Shown: piece by piece, positions 29,622 through 39,227 of the stretch
How the letters are laid out: each line of letters starts with the position of its first letter
Numbering within the stretch: the stretch's first letter is position 1
DNA from: Bacteroidota bacterium
GTDB lineage: Bacteria > Bacteroidota > Bacteroidia > CAILMK01 > JAAYUY01
Reading direction: 5' to 3'
DNA: 64,000 nucleotides
Assembly (NCBI GenBank): GCA_018698135.1
Contig: JABINZ010000010.1
Location: 18,641-82,640, forward strand
Position numbers and translations under genes: made by a program
The notes under the pieces: generated by a model
Seen by the model: only the letters and a program-made list of their open reading frames with translations
What the model was told of the DNA's origin: nothing
Databases searched by the model: none

Positions 29622-31403
29622 ATGAAAAACCTTGCTAATTACAGGAAGCAGTTATTTTTTATTGGGATGAGTATCTTATTTGTTTCGTTTTATGGATGTA
29701 ATCCATTGAAAAAAATGCAGAAAGATCTCGACAAGGTAAAGATTAAAGTTGTTGACGATGTTCTTGAAGTACATGCCGATAGCATCAACGTTTATTTCGA
29801 CACCTATATTCCTGAAAATTATTTCCACAAGAAAGCAATTATGAAACTTGATCCTTTCTTGTCCTACAAAACAGACAGTATTTTTATGACACCTTTATTG
29901 CTTGCTGGCGAAAAGGTTGATTTGCAATCGAATAAAATTCCATCTTCGAATGTAGTACCCTTTAAAGCTGGAGCAACAGTGCCTTATCGTGAAAAATTAA
30001 GGTATGAGCCAGGCATGAAGAATTCTACTATTTACTTAGTTGGATCTTACAAGATTGATTCAGATTATGATGAACTTGACAACTGTATCTGTGATGTAAA
30101 AAAATATATGATCTCTGAAGGTGTGATAGCTACATCCCAAACAGTTCAGCCAACTGAAACTATTGGCATAGCTGGAAGCTTCACTCCAACCAGAATTGTT
30201 GCGAATGGTGTTATTTATTATGAAAACGATAAATATATCATTAAAAAAGGTCAAACTGAAAGTAAAGACTTTAAACTACCCTTCGTACTTGATCCAGTAT
30301 TCGATTTAGTTATCAAAGAAGGATACCAAATAGAAGGTGTTACTATGCACTCACAAGCTTCTCCTGACGGAGCATTTGATAGAAACGAATTTCTAGCAAA
30401 AAGCAGAAAGTCAGTTTCTTATGCTTATATGGTCAAGCGACTGAAAGCTATTGGATTTGAGCAAGTTTATGATTCTGGCTTTTACAAAAGAGACCAGACT
30501 TACGAAGATTGGGAAGGTTTAAAACAACTTATTTCAAAAAGTGATCTGAGCATTAAAGAAGATATTCTTAAAATTATTGCCTCCGATCTTCCATTGGATG
30601 AGAAAGAAGCAAACATCAGAAAACTTGGTCAGTGGGAAGTTCTTGCAAAAACCATTCTTCCTAAGTTGAGGAAAACAGAAATTGCAATGACAGCTAAAAC
30701 AATCATTCGTGAGCTGAGCGTTCTGAATGCATTGTACAAAGAGAACAAATTGGATGAATTTTATAACAAACAAGAAGTTCTTTATTTAGCATATAATACC
30801 AAGAGTTTAGATGATCAAGCTAAATTATATACTTATTATAATGAGAAATATCCTGATGAGTATGTTGGTTTAAACAACTTAGCTGGTGTTCATATTCTTA
30901 AGGGACAATATGATGATGCCCTTGATATTTTAACCAAATTGAATAAGAAACATCCAAATACAAAAGAAGTTCTTCAAAATGCTGGTATTTGCTATAGAAT
31001 TAAAGGTGAGTATGATACCGCTTTATATATTTATGAGAAAGCTGCTGCTGCAGGTGCTGATGTTAGAAATAACAAAGGAATTTTGTACATCAAAACAGCC
31101 GATTATGAATTAGCTATCCAATCTTTTGAAGGAGACAGATATGACTACAACAGAGCTTTAGCTTATACCTTGAAGAAAGATTTAACCGGAGCTAAAAACG
31201 TATTGGATAAAATAGACGACAAATCTGCAGAAGATTTTTATCTGAGAGCAATTGTTGGAGCAAGATCAAAAGATGTTGATTTGCTTACAACAAGCTTAAC
31301 ACGTGCAATCAAATTAGATGGTAGCATCAGACAAAGAGCAAAGGAAGATTTGGAATTCAGAAATTACTGGGTAAAACCTGAATTCGAAAATGCTATTAGA
31401 TAA
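29622..31403 (+). CDS. Lipoprotein with an OmpA-like peptidoglycan-binding segment and C-terminal TPR repeats
   Basis: Lipobox FVSFYGC after the signal peptide. Contains HSQASPDGAFDRNEFLAKSRKSVSYAYMVKRL (OmpA_C-like) and TPR-like helical repeats near the C-terminus. The ORF-track start at 29535 looks like a spurious 5' extension. Confidence 0.6.
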   Translation: MKNLANYRKQLFFIGMSILFVSFYGCNPLKKMQKDLDKVKIKVVDDVLEVHADSINVYFDTYIPENYFHKKAIMKLDPFLSYKTDSIFMTPLLLAGEKVDLQSNKIPSSNVVPFKAGATVPYREKLRYEPGMKNSTIYLVGSYKIDSDYDELDNCICDVKKYMISEGVIATSQTVQPTETIGIAGSFTPTRIVANGVIYYENDKYIIKKGQTESKDFKLPFVLDPVFDLVIKEGYQIEGVTMHSQASPDGAFDRNEFLAKSRKSVSYAYMVKRLKAIGFEQVYDSGFYKRDQTYEDWEGLKQLISKSDLSIKEDILKIIASDLPLDEKEANIRKLGQWEVLAKTILPKLRKTEIAMTAKTIIRELSVLNALYKENKLDEFYNKQEVLYLAYNTKSLDDQAKLYTYYNEKYPDEYVGLNNLAGVHILKGQYDDALDILTKLNKKHPNTKEVLQNAGICYRIKGEYDTALYIYEKAAAAGADVRNNKGILYIKTADYELAIQSFEGDRYDYNRALAYTLKKDLTGAKNVLDKIDDKSAEDFYLRAIVGARSKDVDLLTTSLTRAIKLDGSIRQRAKEDLEFRNYWVKPEFENAIR

Positions 31404-31433
31404 TAATTGGTAAATAAAGAAATAATTACAACT

Positions 31434-32390
31434 ATGAAGAATGCTAAATTGATATTATCTTTTGGGATATTGGCAATGATTGCTTTAGGAATTTGGTCAT
31501 GCGGTGAGCCAATTATTCCAGACGATCCTAAAGCAAAATTACCAACCTTGTCTGTTAACCCTCCGCAAAGTTTAGCATTTGACGTGGCTAAAGGAGAAGT
31601 TATCACATTCCATATTGAAGCAAATGCAAATGCTGATTCAAAAGCTGACTTAAAAATTGTCAAATTTGAGGTTAACTACAGTGCTGGTGGCGATACATCT
31701 ATATCTTGGAATGTAGATCCTGTTGATGCTCAGTATAAAGTTATCAATTACGATTACACTGTTCCTGCTACTGTAAATGAGGACGATGTGATTACTGTTA
31801 GTGTTTCTGCTGAAGATAAAGATGGCTTAATCGGAACTAAAGCGTTTGTTTTAACCGTGAAAGATTTATCTGGTTTAAGTACTGTTGAAGGCATCATTCT
31901 TGGAGCACAAAACAATCCTGATATTGGAAGTTTTTATGCTACATCAACTAAAACAATTTTCAAAGTTGCTGATGCACAAACAAGTGGACAATCAACCATC
32001 GATTTAATTTATTTCTATGGTACTTCCAACACAGCAACAATTGCTTCACCAGATAATGACAATGTTTTTGGTAATGCCGCTGGTAAAATTTCATCTCTTT
32101 TAGTTCAGGACTGGAGTACTAGAAATGCAACAAGATTCAGAAAAGTTGCTTCTATGCCAACTACAGAATGGGATGTTTTAACTTCAACTCGTATCGCACA
32201 GATATATGCTACTGCTGCCCAACCTGTTGAAGCATTGGCAAATTTCTTATTTGATGGTACTGGTGGAACACAATCTTCACATGTAGTTTTCAAAACATCA
32301 AAAAATAAATATGGTATTTTCAGAGTAAAGGATATTAGTTCTTATGATAATACCGGTGCAATTACAATTGATGTACGTGTACAGAAATAA
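31434..32390 (+). CDS. Hypothetical lipoprotein
   Basis: Signal peptide with a lipobox (GIWSCGEP) and a beta-rich mature protein; no recognisable catalytic motif. Confidence 0.55.
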   Translation: MKNAKLILSFGILAMIALGIWSCGEPIIPDDPKAKLPTLSVNPPQSLAFDVAKGEVITFHIEANANADSKADLKIVKFEVNYSAGGDTSISWNVDPVDAQYKVINYDYTVPATVNEDDVITVSVSAEDKDGLIGTKAFVLTVKDLSGLSTVEGIILGAQNNPDIGSFYATSTKTIFKVADAQTSGQSTIDLIYFYGTSNTATIASPDNDNVFGNAAGKISSLLVQDWSTRNATRFRKVASMPTTEWDVLTSTRIAQIYATAAQPVEALANFLFDGTGGTQSSHVVFKTSKNKYGIFRVKDISSYDNTGAITIDVRVQK

Positions 32391-32411
32391 TGATATTAAA
32401 TAGTAAAAAAA

Positions 32412-32441
32412 AGCTTCCTGAATTCAGGGAGCTTTTTTTTT
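32412..32441. terminator. Rho-independent terminator, likely bidirectional
   Basis: Stem AGCTTCCTGAATTCAGGGAGCT (about 10 bp, centred on the perfect palindrome CCTGAATTCAGG) followed by T9 on the plus strand and preceded by A8. Confidence 0.8.
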
Positions 32442-32466
32442 GTCTGAAATTTGCTGAAAGATAAAC

Positions 32467-34494
32467 ATGAATTTTCTCTACCCTCAATTTCTCTGGGCAC
32501 TAAGCTTGTTAAGTATACCTATTATTATTCATCTCTTTCATTTCCGCAGATTTAAAACCATCTTTTTTAGCAATATTAAATTCATTCAATCACTGAAAAA
32601 TGAAAAACAGACAAAAACAAAAATCAAGCATATCCTAATACTTATTTGCCGATTATTAGCTATCACATTTTTAGTTTTTGCTTTCGCACAACCCTATTTT
32701 AAAAACAATATCCAAACGCTGGGAAGCGGTAAAAAATCAATTAGCATTTATATTGATAATTCACCCAGTATGGAAAATACTGGAAAATCAAATACGCTTT
32801 TTGAACAGGCCAGAAATACGGCAATCGACATTGTTCATAATTTTCAAGTAAATGATGAGTTTCAACTCCTGACTAATGATTTATCACCAAAAGAAGAAAA
32901 ATACTATAATCAGGAAAGAGCAATATCTATTTTAGAAGAAATGCAGCTGAATTCCCGATCTGTTCAGTTGGAAACCATAACAGATAAAATCGAAGCCACA
33001 TCTGATAATATTGGTTCTCATATAGTTTATTTGATTTCAGACTTCCAAAAAAGCACATCAAATCTCGCAAAAATCAACTTTGATAGTAGTTCAAACTATT
33101 ATCTTGTACAGGAAGAAGCACTAAGTATCAACAATATATACATTGATTCTGTTTGGTTCGCCAGCCCAATTTTAAGTTTAAATCACCAGGCATCTTTACA
33201 GGTTCGAATAATTAATTCGTCTGATGAGAAAATGGATCAAAATACCTTACGACTTAATTTGAATGGAAAAGAAATAGTAACTAATTGTAGTCTTCCTGCC
33301 CAATCAAGTGATGTGTTTTCAATTGAATTTAAGCTGTATCAAGCTGGTTGGAATACGGGCACTCTTAGCATTGACGATTATCCGCTAACTTTTGATGACA
33401 CATACTTTATCAGCTTTTTCATCAAAAGCCAGAGCAACATATTGCTCGTATCAAATAACGAAAATCCTGTAATGAATTCTGTTTTTAAGACTGATCCATT
33501 TTTCAAAACAGAAAATATAAGCTCATCAAACTATTCCCATGAAAATAGTACGAATAAAGACTTAATTATTCTTAACGAATTAGCAGACATTCCGGATGAA
33601 TTAAGAGCTGATTTAACAGATTATTTAATCAATGGAGGAAATGTGTTTATTATTCCTTCATCAAATAAATTGTTCAATACTGAGGAATACAAGCAATTAT
33701 TTAATGATTTATTGATTAGCCCTTTTGAAAAAATCGTTGCGAACAAACAAAAAATTGATAAGATTGACTATAGCCACGATTTCTTGAAAAATGTTTTTGA
33801 AGGAATTGAAAAGAACATTGACCTCCCTCTTGTTCAAAAATATTATTCCCGAAGTAAAGACAGGTATTATGCTGAAAAAAACTTATTGACTTTAAAAAAT
33901 GGAGATCCTTTTTTAACACTAAGTCAAGTAGGAAATGGATATGTGTTTGTGCTAAGCTCCCCTACTCATCCTGAATGGAGTAATTTTTATAATCAATGGT
34001 TGTTTTTACCCATAATTTATTCCTCAGCATTGTATCAGAATGCATCCAATACAATTTCCTACCAAATAGGTAAAGATCGATCTTTTACTATCCCAGACAG
34101 TAAAATGGACATGAAGTCAATCAAATTCAGACGAGGAAATAAAGACTTCATTCCAAGTTACAAACTAATAAATGGTCGTTTGTATTTTTACTTAACAGAT
34201 GAATTTTCATCCACAGGCTTTTACACCCTATTGGCAGATGATACTACATCAAATAATTCTGCAAAAGTGGCCATAAATACCAACAGAATTGAGTCTGTAA
34301 CAAAGGTCTATTCCCAAGATGAACTTAGTGAATTCGCAAAAGATAATCGAATTGAATATGTAAATACTTCAGTTGAAAAGATTAGTTCACGTATAGCGGA
34401 GATCAATAATCAAAAGGTATTTTGGAAAATTCTAATCCTTTTAACTTTGTTTTTCCTTCTTTGTGAAATTCTCATTATTCGATTATTCAGATAA
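32467..34494 (+). CDS. BatA-like von Willebrand factor A domain protein with an N-terminal double-transmembrane domain and a C-terminal TM anchor
   Basis: N-terminus MNFLYPQFLWALSLLSIPIIIHLFHFRR is typical of the TIGR02226-type double-TM domain. The MIDAS motif is DNSPSM (DxSxS). 675 aa. Confidence 0.65.
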   Translation: MNFLYPQFLWALSLLSIPIIIHLFHFRRFKTIFFSNIKFIQSLKNEKQTKTKIKHILILICRLLAITFLVFAFAQPYFKNNIQTLGSGKKSISIYIDNSPSMENTGKSNTLFEQARNTAIDIVHNFQVNDEFQLLTNDLSPKEEKYYNQERAISILEEMQLNSRSVQLETITDKIEATSDNIGSHIVYLISDFQKSTSNLAKINFDSSSNYYLVQEEALSINNIYIDSVWFASPILSLNHQASLQVRIINSSDEKMDQNTLRLNLNGKEIVTNCSLPAQSSDVFSIEFKLYQAGWNTGTLSIDDYPLTFDDTYFISFFIKSQSNILLVSNNENPVMNSVFKTDPFFKTENISSSNYSHENSTNKDLIILNELADIPDELRADLTDYLINGGNVFIIPSSNKLFNTEEYKQLFNDLLISPFEKIVANKQKIDKIDYSHDFLKNVFEGIEKNIDLPLVQKYYSRSKDRYYAEKNLLTLKNGDPFLTLSQVGNGYVFVLSSPTHPEWSNFYNQWLFLPIIYSSALYQNASNTISYQIGKDRSFTIPDSKMDMKSIKFRRGNKDFIPSYKLINGRLYFYLTDEFSSTGFYTLLADDTTSNNSAKVAINTNRIESVTKVYSQDELSEFAKDNRIEYVNTSVEKISSRIAEINNQKVFWKILILLTLFFLLCEILIIRLFR

Positions 34495-34588
34495 TAGTTC
34501 TTAAACTTTTATTCTTCATTTAAAATTAACTAATTTTGACCAAGCCCTAATATAAGTGGAACATCACCTAAACTATTAAAATAAAAAC

Positions 34589-35128
34589 ATGATAAAAATC
34601 GCAGCAAAATATGGATTGATGTGTGGATTAATTTCTGTACTCTCAGGAACTATATTCTATACGTTGGGTTTGGCATTCAAAAGCCAATGGTGGATTAGTT
34701 CAGTTGCTAACATCCTTATCTTTGTCTTAATTATTTTCCTTGTTATTGTTGCTGTAAAGGAATTTAGAAAACAATTAGAAGGAATAATAACTTTTACAGA
34801 AGCTTTTACTACAGCAATTTCAGCTTTCATTATTGTTGCATTACTTTCTTCAGTTTTTAACATTTTACTTTATACAGTTATTGATTCTGAATATCCTGAA
34901 AAAGTAAAAATTACAGCTATTGAGCGGATGGAAAAACAGCTCGATAAATCTCCAATGGAGGACACTAAAAAGGATGAGATGATTGAAATGCTCGATTCAA
35001 AGGATTTCACCTATACCGGTCCTAAAGCAGTTAAATCTTTTGGTTTTACAATTTTGTTCTATAGTATTATCTCCTTAATAATTGCTGCTGCTATTAAAAA
35101 AGACATCAACGAAGTTCCCTTAAATTAA
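34589..35128 (+). CDS. Membrane protein, DUF4199-like
   Basis: 179 aa with four hydrophobic helices; commonly found next to the GT2 gene in Bacteroidetes. Confidence 0.5.
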   Translation: MIKIAAKYGLMCGLISVLSGTIFYTLGLAFKSQWWISSVANILIFVLIIFLVIVAVKEFRKQLEGIITFTEAFTTAISAFIIVALLSSVFNILLYTVIDSEYPEKVKITAIERMEKQLDKSPMEDTKKDEMIEMLDSKDFTYTGPKAVKSFGFTILFYSIISLIIAAAIKKDINEVPLN

Positions 35129-35129
35129 G

Positions 35130-36095
35130 TTGCATATGGATATTAGTCTTGTTATCCCACTATTAAATGAAGAAGAATCCTTAACAGAACTTACTGAATG
35201 GATTGAAAGGGTCATGACTGAGCACAAGTTCAGCTATGAAGTTATATTTATTGACGATGGAAGCACCGATCAGTCTTTGTCAATTATCAAAACACTGTCA
35301 AAAAATAACGCTGCCATCAAAGGTCTTAGCTTCAGAAGGAATTATGGTAAGTCGGCTGCTTTAAACGAAGGATTCAGATTATCAAAAGGTGATGTGGTGA
35401 TAACCATGGATTCTGATTTACAAGATAGTCCAGAAGAAATACCCGAGTTATTCAAGATGATCAAAACTGATGGCTATGATATTGTTTCTGGCTGGAAGAA
35501 AAAACGTTTTGATCCGATTAGTAAAACCATACCCACAAAGCTTTATAATTGGGCAACCCGAAGGTTAACAGGCATTAAACTCCATGATTTTAATTGCGGA
35601 TTAAAAGCGTATAAATCGGAGGTCGTAAAGAGCATCAATGTGTATGGTGAAATGCATCGCTATATTCCTGTATTAGCTAAATGGCAAGGCTTTTCGAAAA
35701 TCGGAGAAAAAGTTGTTTTACATCAGGCCAGAAAATATGGCGAAACAAAGTTTGGCTTAGAACGATTCATAAGAGGTCCTCTCGATTTACTTTCCATTAT
35801 GTTTGTCTCAAAATTCAGCAAACGGCCCATGCATTTTTTTGGGAGTCTGGGAATACTCTCATTTTTAGCTGGTTTTATCATTACTGTTTGGCTTATTAGT
35901 GAAAAGTTTTATGCTCGTTTTGTAGACTCCTATGAAGGTCGCGACATTATTGAGAAACCACTTTTTTTTATTGCACTCCTGATGTTGATGATTGGAGTTG
36001 TGTTATTCCTTGCAGGATTTATTGGAGAACTGATTTCTAAAATTACAGATAGTAAAAGCACGTCTGTTATCAAAGAAAGGATTAATATCAATTAA
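35130..36095 (+). CDS. Glycosyltransferase family 2 protein (polyprenyl-phosphate sugar synthase-like) with C-terminal TM helices
   Basis: DxD-containing GT2 core (VIFIDDGSTDQS, ITMDSDLQD) and two C-terminal TM segments, as in dolichyl-phosphate mannose synthase or ArnC-like enzymes. Confidence 0.75.
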   Translation: MHMDISLVIPLLNEEESLTELTEWIERVMTEHKFSYEVIFIDDGSTDQSLSIIKTLSKNNAAIKGLSFRRNYGKSAALNEGFRLSKGDVVITMDSDLQDSPEEIPELFKMIKTDGYDIVSGWKKKRFDPISKTIPTKLYNWATRRLTGIKLHDFNCGLKAYKSEVVKSINVYGEMHRYIPVLAKWQGFSKIGEKVVLHQARKYGETKFGLERFIRGPLDLLSIMFVSKFSKRPMHFFGSLGILSFLAGFIITVWLISEKFYARFVDSYEGRDIIEKPLFFIALLMLMIGVVLFLAGFIGELISKITDSKSTSVIKERININ

Positions 36096-36096
36096 C

Positions 36097-36573
36097 ATGA
36101 GCTTTGTTTTTTCAACGAAAAGAATAGGCTTTTTTCTGATTATTTTCAGCCTCATTTTCACGCAGTATTCATGCAACATCAATAATAATTTAGATGCAGA
36201 AGGCTATCTTTTCTATTACATTGATGAATATGGATATCAAGTGAAACAATCTGATGCAGTTTTTCAGAAGAGCCAGACGATTATTGTGTATCTACTGAAT
36301 GTCGGACCTTTTGAAGCTGATTCAGACTCCCTTGTCAAATTGAATATGGATGTTGAAATTCTATATGGTAAAAAGAAAAGTGTTTTCGAAAAAGAAAACT
36401 ATTTGGGCGATGAAGATTTCACAGAAAGTAAGGATACTATTCCCTTTTTATACGCAGTTTGGCAAGCCAGTGAACTAAATGAAACCGGACAATATACTTT
36501 CAAATTGAGAGTAAAAGACGAAGTGAGTGGACACAAAAGCATTTTTAAACCCTCATTCACAATTGTAGATTAA
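36097..36573 (+). CDS. Hypothetical lipoprotein (158 aa)
   Basis: Signal peptide with lipobox-like IFTQYSCN; short beta-rich protein. Confidence 0.5.
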   Translation: MSFVFSTKRIGFFLIIFSLIFTQYSCNINNNLDAEGYLFYYIDEYGYQVKQSDAVFQKSQTIIVYLLNVGPFEADSDSLVKLNMDVEILYGKKKSVFEKENYLGDEDFTESKDTIPFLYAVWQASELNETGQYTFKLRVKDEVSGHKSIFKPSFTIVD

Positions 36574-36648
36574 GAATATATTAAACCCTCATTTAATTAA
36601 AACCTCAAAGAATTTAATATTCGTAAATTTGCACCGAATTACAGCATT

Positions 36649-36720
36649 GCCTCTCTAGCTCAGTGGTAGAGCAACTGATTCGTAATTAGTAGGTCGCCAG
36701 TTCAACTCTGGTGAGAGGCT
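36649..36720 (+). tRNA. tRNA-Thr (anticodon CGT)
   Basis: Hand-folded cloverleaf. 7-bp acceptor stem GCCTCTC/GAGAGGC, D arm GCTC-AGTGGTA-GAGC, anticodon arm ACTGA-TTCGTAA-TTAGT (anticodon CGT at 36681-36683), T arm GCCAG-TTCAACT-CTGGT; 72 nt, with no encoded CCA. Confidence 0.85.
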
Positions 36721-36764
36721 CACATTTTTTAAAAATATAATAATTCCATATAAAACAACTTCAC

Positions 36765-39218
36765 ATGAAGATTAAAGCCATTATAATAACACTAATAATT
36801 AGTCTGTTTCTGTTCGAATCATACGCCAACAAACAGTATTTTAATTTAAAAAGTCCTCATAATACAATCTATACGCACATCGAAAGTCTCAATGATGCAC
36901 ATTTCAATTTAGATAGAGCAGCATCTACATTAAATTTCAATGGGGAAATTAAAGAGGCACGTAATCTGGCCATAAAACTGAAACAGATTTTTGATAGCAA
37001 GGGCTTATTGGTTAAATATGGCAAATTACCTACTAATCCTAACTATGGTGATAGCATTGCCACTAAGTCCGTTTACACACCTTTTTCCGAACTACCTGAA
37101 GTATATCTCGAAAAAGCAAACGGGAAGTGGCTGTATTCTGCAGAAACAATAGAAGCAATCCCCAGTATTCATAAAAGTATTTTCCGTTTTGGAACCGATA
37201 AATTCTTAACTCTGCTTCCTAAAGCAGGATCAGATAAATTTCTGGGTATACAAATCTGGCAATGGATTGGGATTCTAATCATTATTGTCTTTTTAGCCAT
37301 CTTATACTTCTTATTCAGATGGATATTCGGTTTTTTTATTTATCGAATAGTTCAGGTTTTTATAAGCCCAAATTTGGCAAAAACATTTATCAAGCCTCTA
37401 ACTAAACCATTAAGTGGTTTATTAATAAGTTTATTGCTTCTTATTTTCATCCCTGTTCTGCAGTTTGGAGCAAAAGCTAACAACACCTTAATCATTATTG
37501 ATACGGTATTTATTTCCCTATTTATCATCATTATGTTGTATCGATTAGTTGATGTTTTAGGTGCCTATTTGTTTAAAGCTGCTTTGAAATCAGAAAGTAC
37601 AATGGATGACCAATTGGTTCCTTTAGTAACCAAATCGATGAAAGTTTTTGTGGTGATCATTGGTGTTTTATTTGTTCTGCAAAACCTTGATTTCAATATC
37701 ATGGCTTTGTTAGCAGGTATCTCAATTGGAGGTATTGCTTTTGCATTGGCAGCACAAGATACCATCAAAAACCTCTTCGGATCGTTGATGATATTCCTTG
37801 ACAAACCCTTTCAAATTGGAGATTGGATTGTGAGCGATGGCGTTGATGGCACAGTTGAAGAAGTTGGTTTTCGTTCAACCCGGATTCGTACATTCCAAAA
37901 TTCATTGATTACCATTCCAAATGGTAAACTAGCTGACTTTTCCATTGACAATATGGGATTAAGAACTTATAGAAGATTAAGTACACAATTAGCAATAACG
38001 TATGATACGCCTCCTGTAAAAGTAGAAAGCTTTGTTGAAGGAATTCGAGCTATCATAAAAGCACATCCGCATACTCGTAAAGATTATTATATTGTTCAAC
38101 TAAACAACCTTGGAAGCCACTCCCTCAACGTTATGCTTTATGTATTTTTCGTAGCTGATAATTGGCAATTGGAATTAAGATATCGCCACGAATTGCTTTT
38201 ACTTGTTATGAAGCTGGCTGAGGAGTTAGACATCAGATGGGCCTTCCCAACCCAAACTTTATTTGTGGAAGAAGTTCCTGGAAAACCTTCACTTACTCCT
38301 GAACACAAAACTGACAGGGAAGAAAATAGAAAAAAAATACACAATTTAGTTGCTAATATGAAGCGGAGCCCACAATATTCGGCTAAATCAACCCAAAGTA
38401 AACCTATTCACCAAACTGTACAGGCAAAAACAGTTGCTGATGATACCAGCTCAACTCCAAAATTACAGCAATTTAAAGACAAGCTTAAAAAGGTAACCGA
38501 AAAAAACAAACCTGTAGAAGAGCAACATAAGAAAGAATTACAAAAAAAGGATCAGCAAAGAATTGAGCAGCAAAAAATTGAACAACAAAAAATTGAGCAA
38601 AAGATAACCGAAAAGACAATTAAAAAAGGCAAAGAACTTACTGACAATGAGATTATTGATGCAGCGAACAAATATAAAATTGATATTGCTGCATTAAAAT
38701 CAGTTATTGAAGTTGAAGCAAAGGCCAAAGGTTTTTATGCTGACGGTAAACCAAGTATTGCTTTTCACGGACAAAAATTCTGGAAAGAACTGATTAAAAG
38801 AGATATTGATCCAAAAAGCTTAGTCGAGAAACATCCAAACATTGTTTATGAGCGATGGTCAAGAAAATATATCAGACAAAATGAAAAAGAATACGAGCGT
38901 TTGGAAGTAGCAAAATCTATTGAAAAAGAATCGGCTTATCTGTCAACCAATTGGGGTATGTTTCAGATTTCAGGTCAAGATTTTAAGAAATGCGGATTCA
39001 ATAGCATTAGTGAGTTGGTTTACAATGTTTATAAAACTGAAAAAGAACAATTGGAAGCATTTTGTCAATACCTGGTATCGCGTAAACTAGTTGAGGATAT
39101 ACAAGAAAAGAACTGGAAAGAATTTGCTACAAAATACAATGGTCCTGCAAACGCAAAAGGAAATTTTGATCAGAAATTAGAAAAAGCTTATCAAAAGTTT
39201 TCGACTGAGTCGAAATAG
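36765..39218 (+). CDS. MscS-family mechanosensitive channel fused to a C-terminal DUF3380 N-acetylmuramidase-like domain (817 aa)
   Basis: Signal peptide, a ~150-aa N-terminal domain, about 5 TM helices and an MscS beta domain (GSLMIFLDKPFQIGDWIVSDGVDGTVEEVGFRSTRIRTFQN). A Q/K-rich linker follows, with QQKIEQ repeats. The last ~190 aa match the DUF3380/muramidase family (ALKSVIEVEAKAKGFYADGKP...WGMFQISGQDF...EQLEAF...FATKYNGPANAKGNFDQKLEKAY). Confidence 0.7.
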   Translation: MKIKAIIITLIISLFLFESYANKQYFNLKSPHNTIYTHIESLNDAHFNLDRAASTLNFNGEIKEARNLAIKLKQIFDSKGLLVKYGKLPTNPNYGDSIATKSVYTPFSELPEVYLEKANGKWLYSAETIEAIPSIHKSIFRFGTDKFLTLLPKAGSDKFLGIQIWQWIGILIIIVFLAILYFLFRWIFGFFIYRIVQVFISPNLAKTFIKPLTKPLSGLLISLLLLIFIPVLQFGAKANNTLIIIDTVFISLFIIIMLYRLVDVLGAYLFKAALKSESTMDDQLVPLVTKSMKVFVVIIGVLFVLQNLDFNIMALLAGISIGGIAFALAAQDTIKNLFGSLMIFLDKPFQIGDWIVSDGVDGTVEEVGFRSTRIRTFQNSLITIPNGKLADFSIDNMGLRTYRRLSTQLAITYDTPPVKVESFVEGIRAIIKAHPHTRKDYYIVQLNNLGSHSLNVMLYVFFVADNWQLELRYRHELLLLVMKLAEELDIRWAFPTQTLFVEEVPGKPSLTPEHKTDREENRKKIHNLVANMKRSPQYSAKSTQSKPIHQTVQAKTVADDTSSTPKLQQFKDKLKKVTEKNKPVEEQHKKELQKKDQQRIEQQKIEQQKIEQKITEKTIKKGKELTDNEIIDAANKYKIDIAALKSVIEVEAKAKGFYADGKPSIAFHGQKFWKELIKRDIDPKSLVEKHPNIVYERWSRKYIRQNEKEYERLEVAKSIEKESAYLSTNWGMFQISGQDFKKCGFNSISELVYNVYKTEKEQLEAFCQYLVSRKLVEDIQEKNWKEFATKYNGPANAKGNFDQKLEKAYQKFSTESK
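38553..38597 (+). repeat. Three tandem 15-bp repeats (CAGCAAAGAATTGAG-like) encoding the QQKIEQ linker repeats of the MscS-muramidase fusion
   Basis: Direct reading: cagcaaagaattgag / cagcaaaaaattgaa / caacaaaaaattgag. Confidence 0.7.
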
Positions 39219-39227
39219 GCATTCGTT

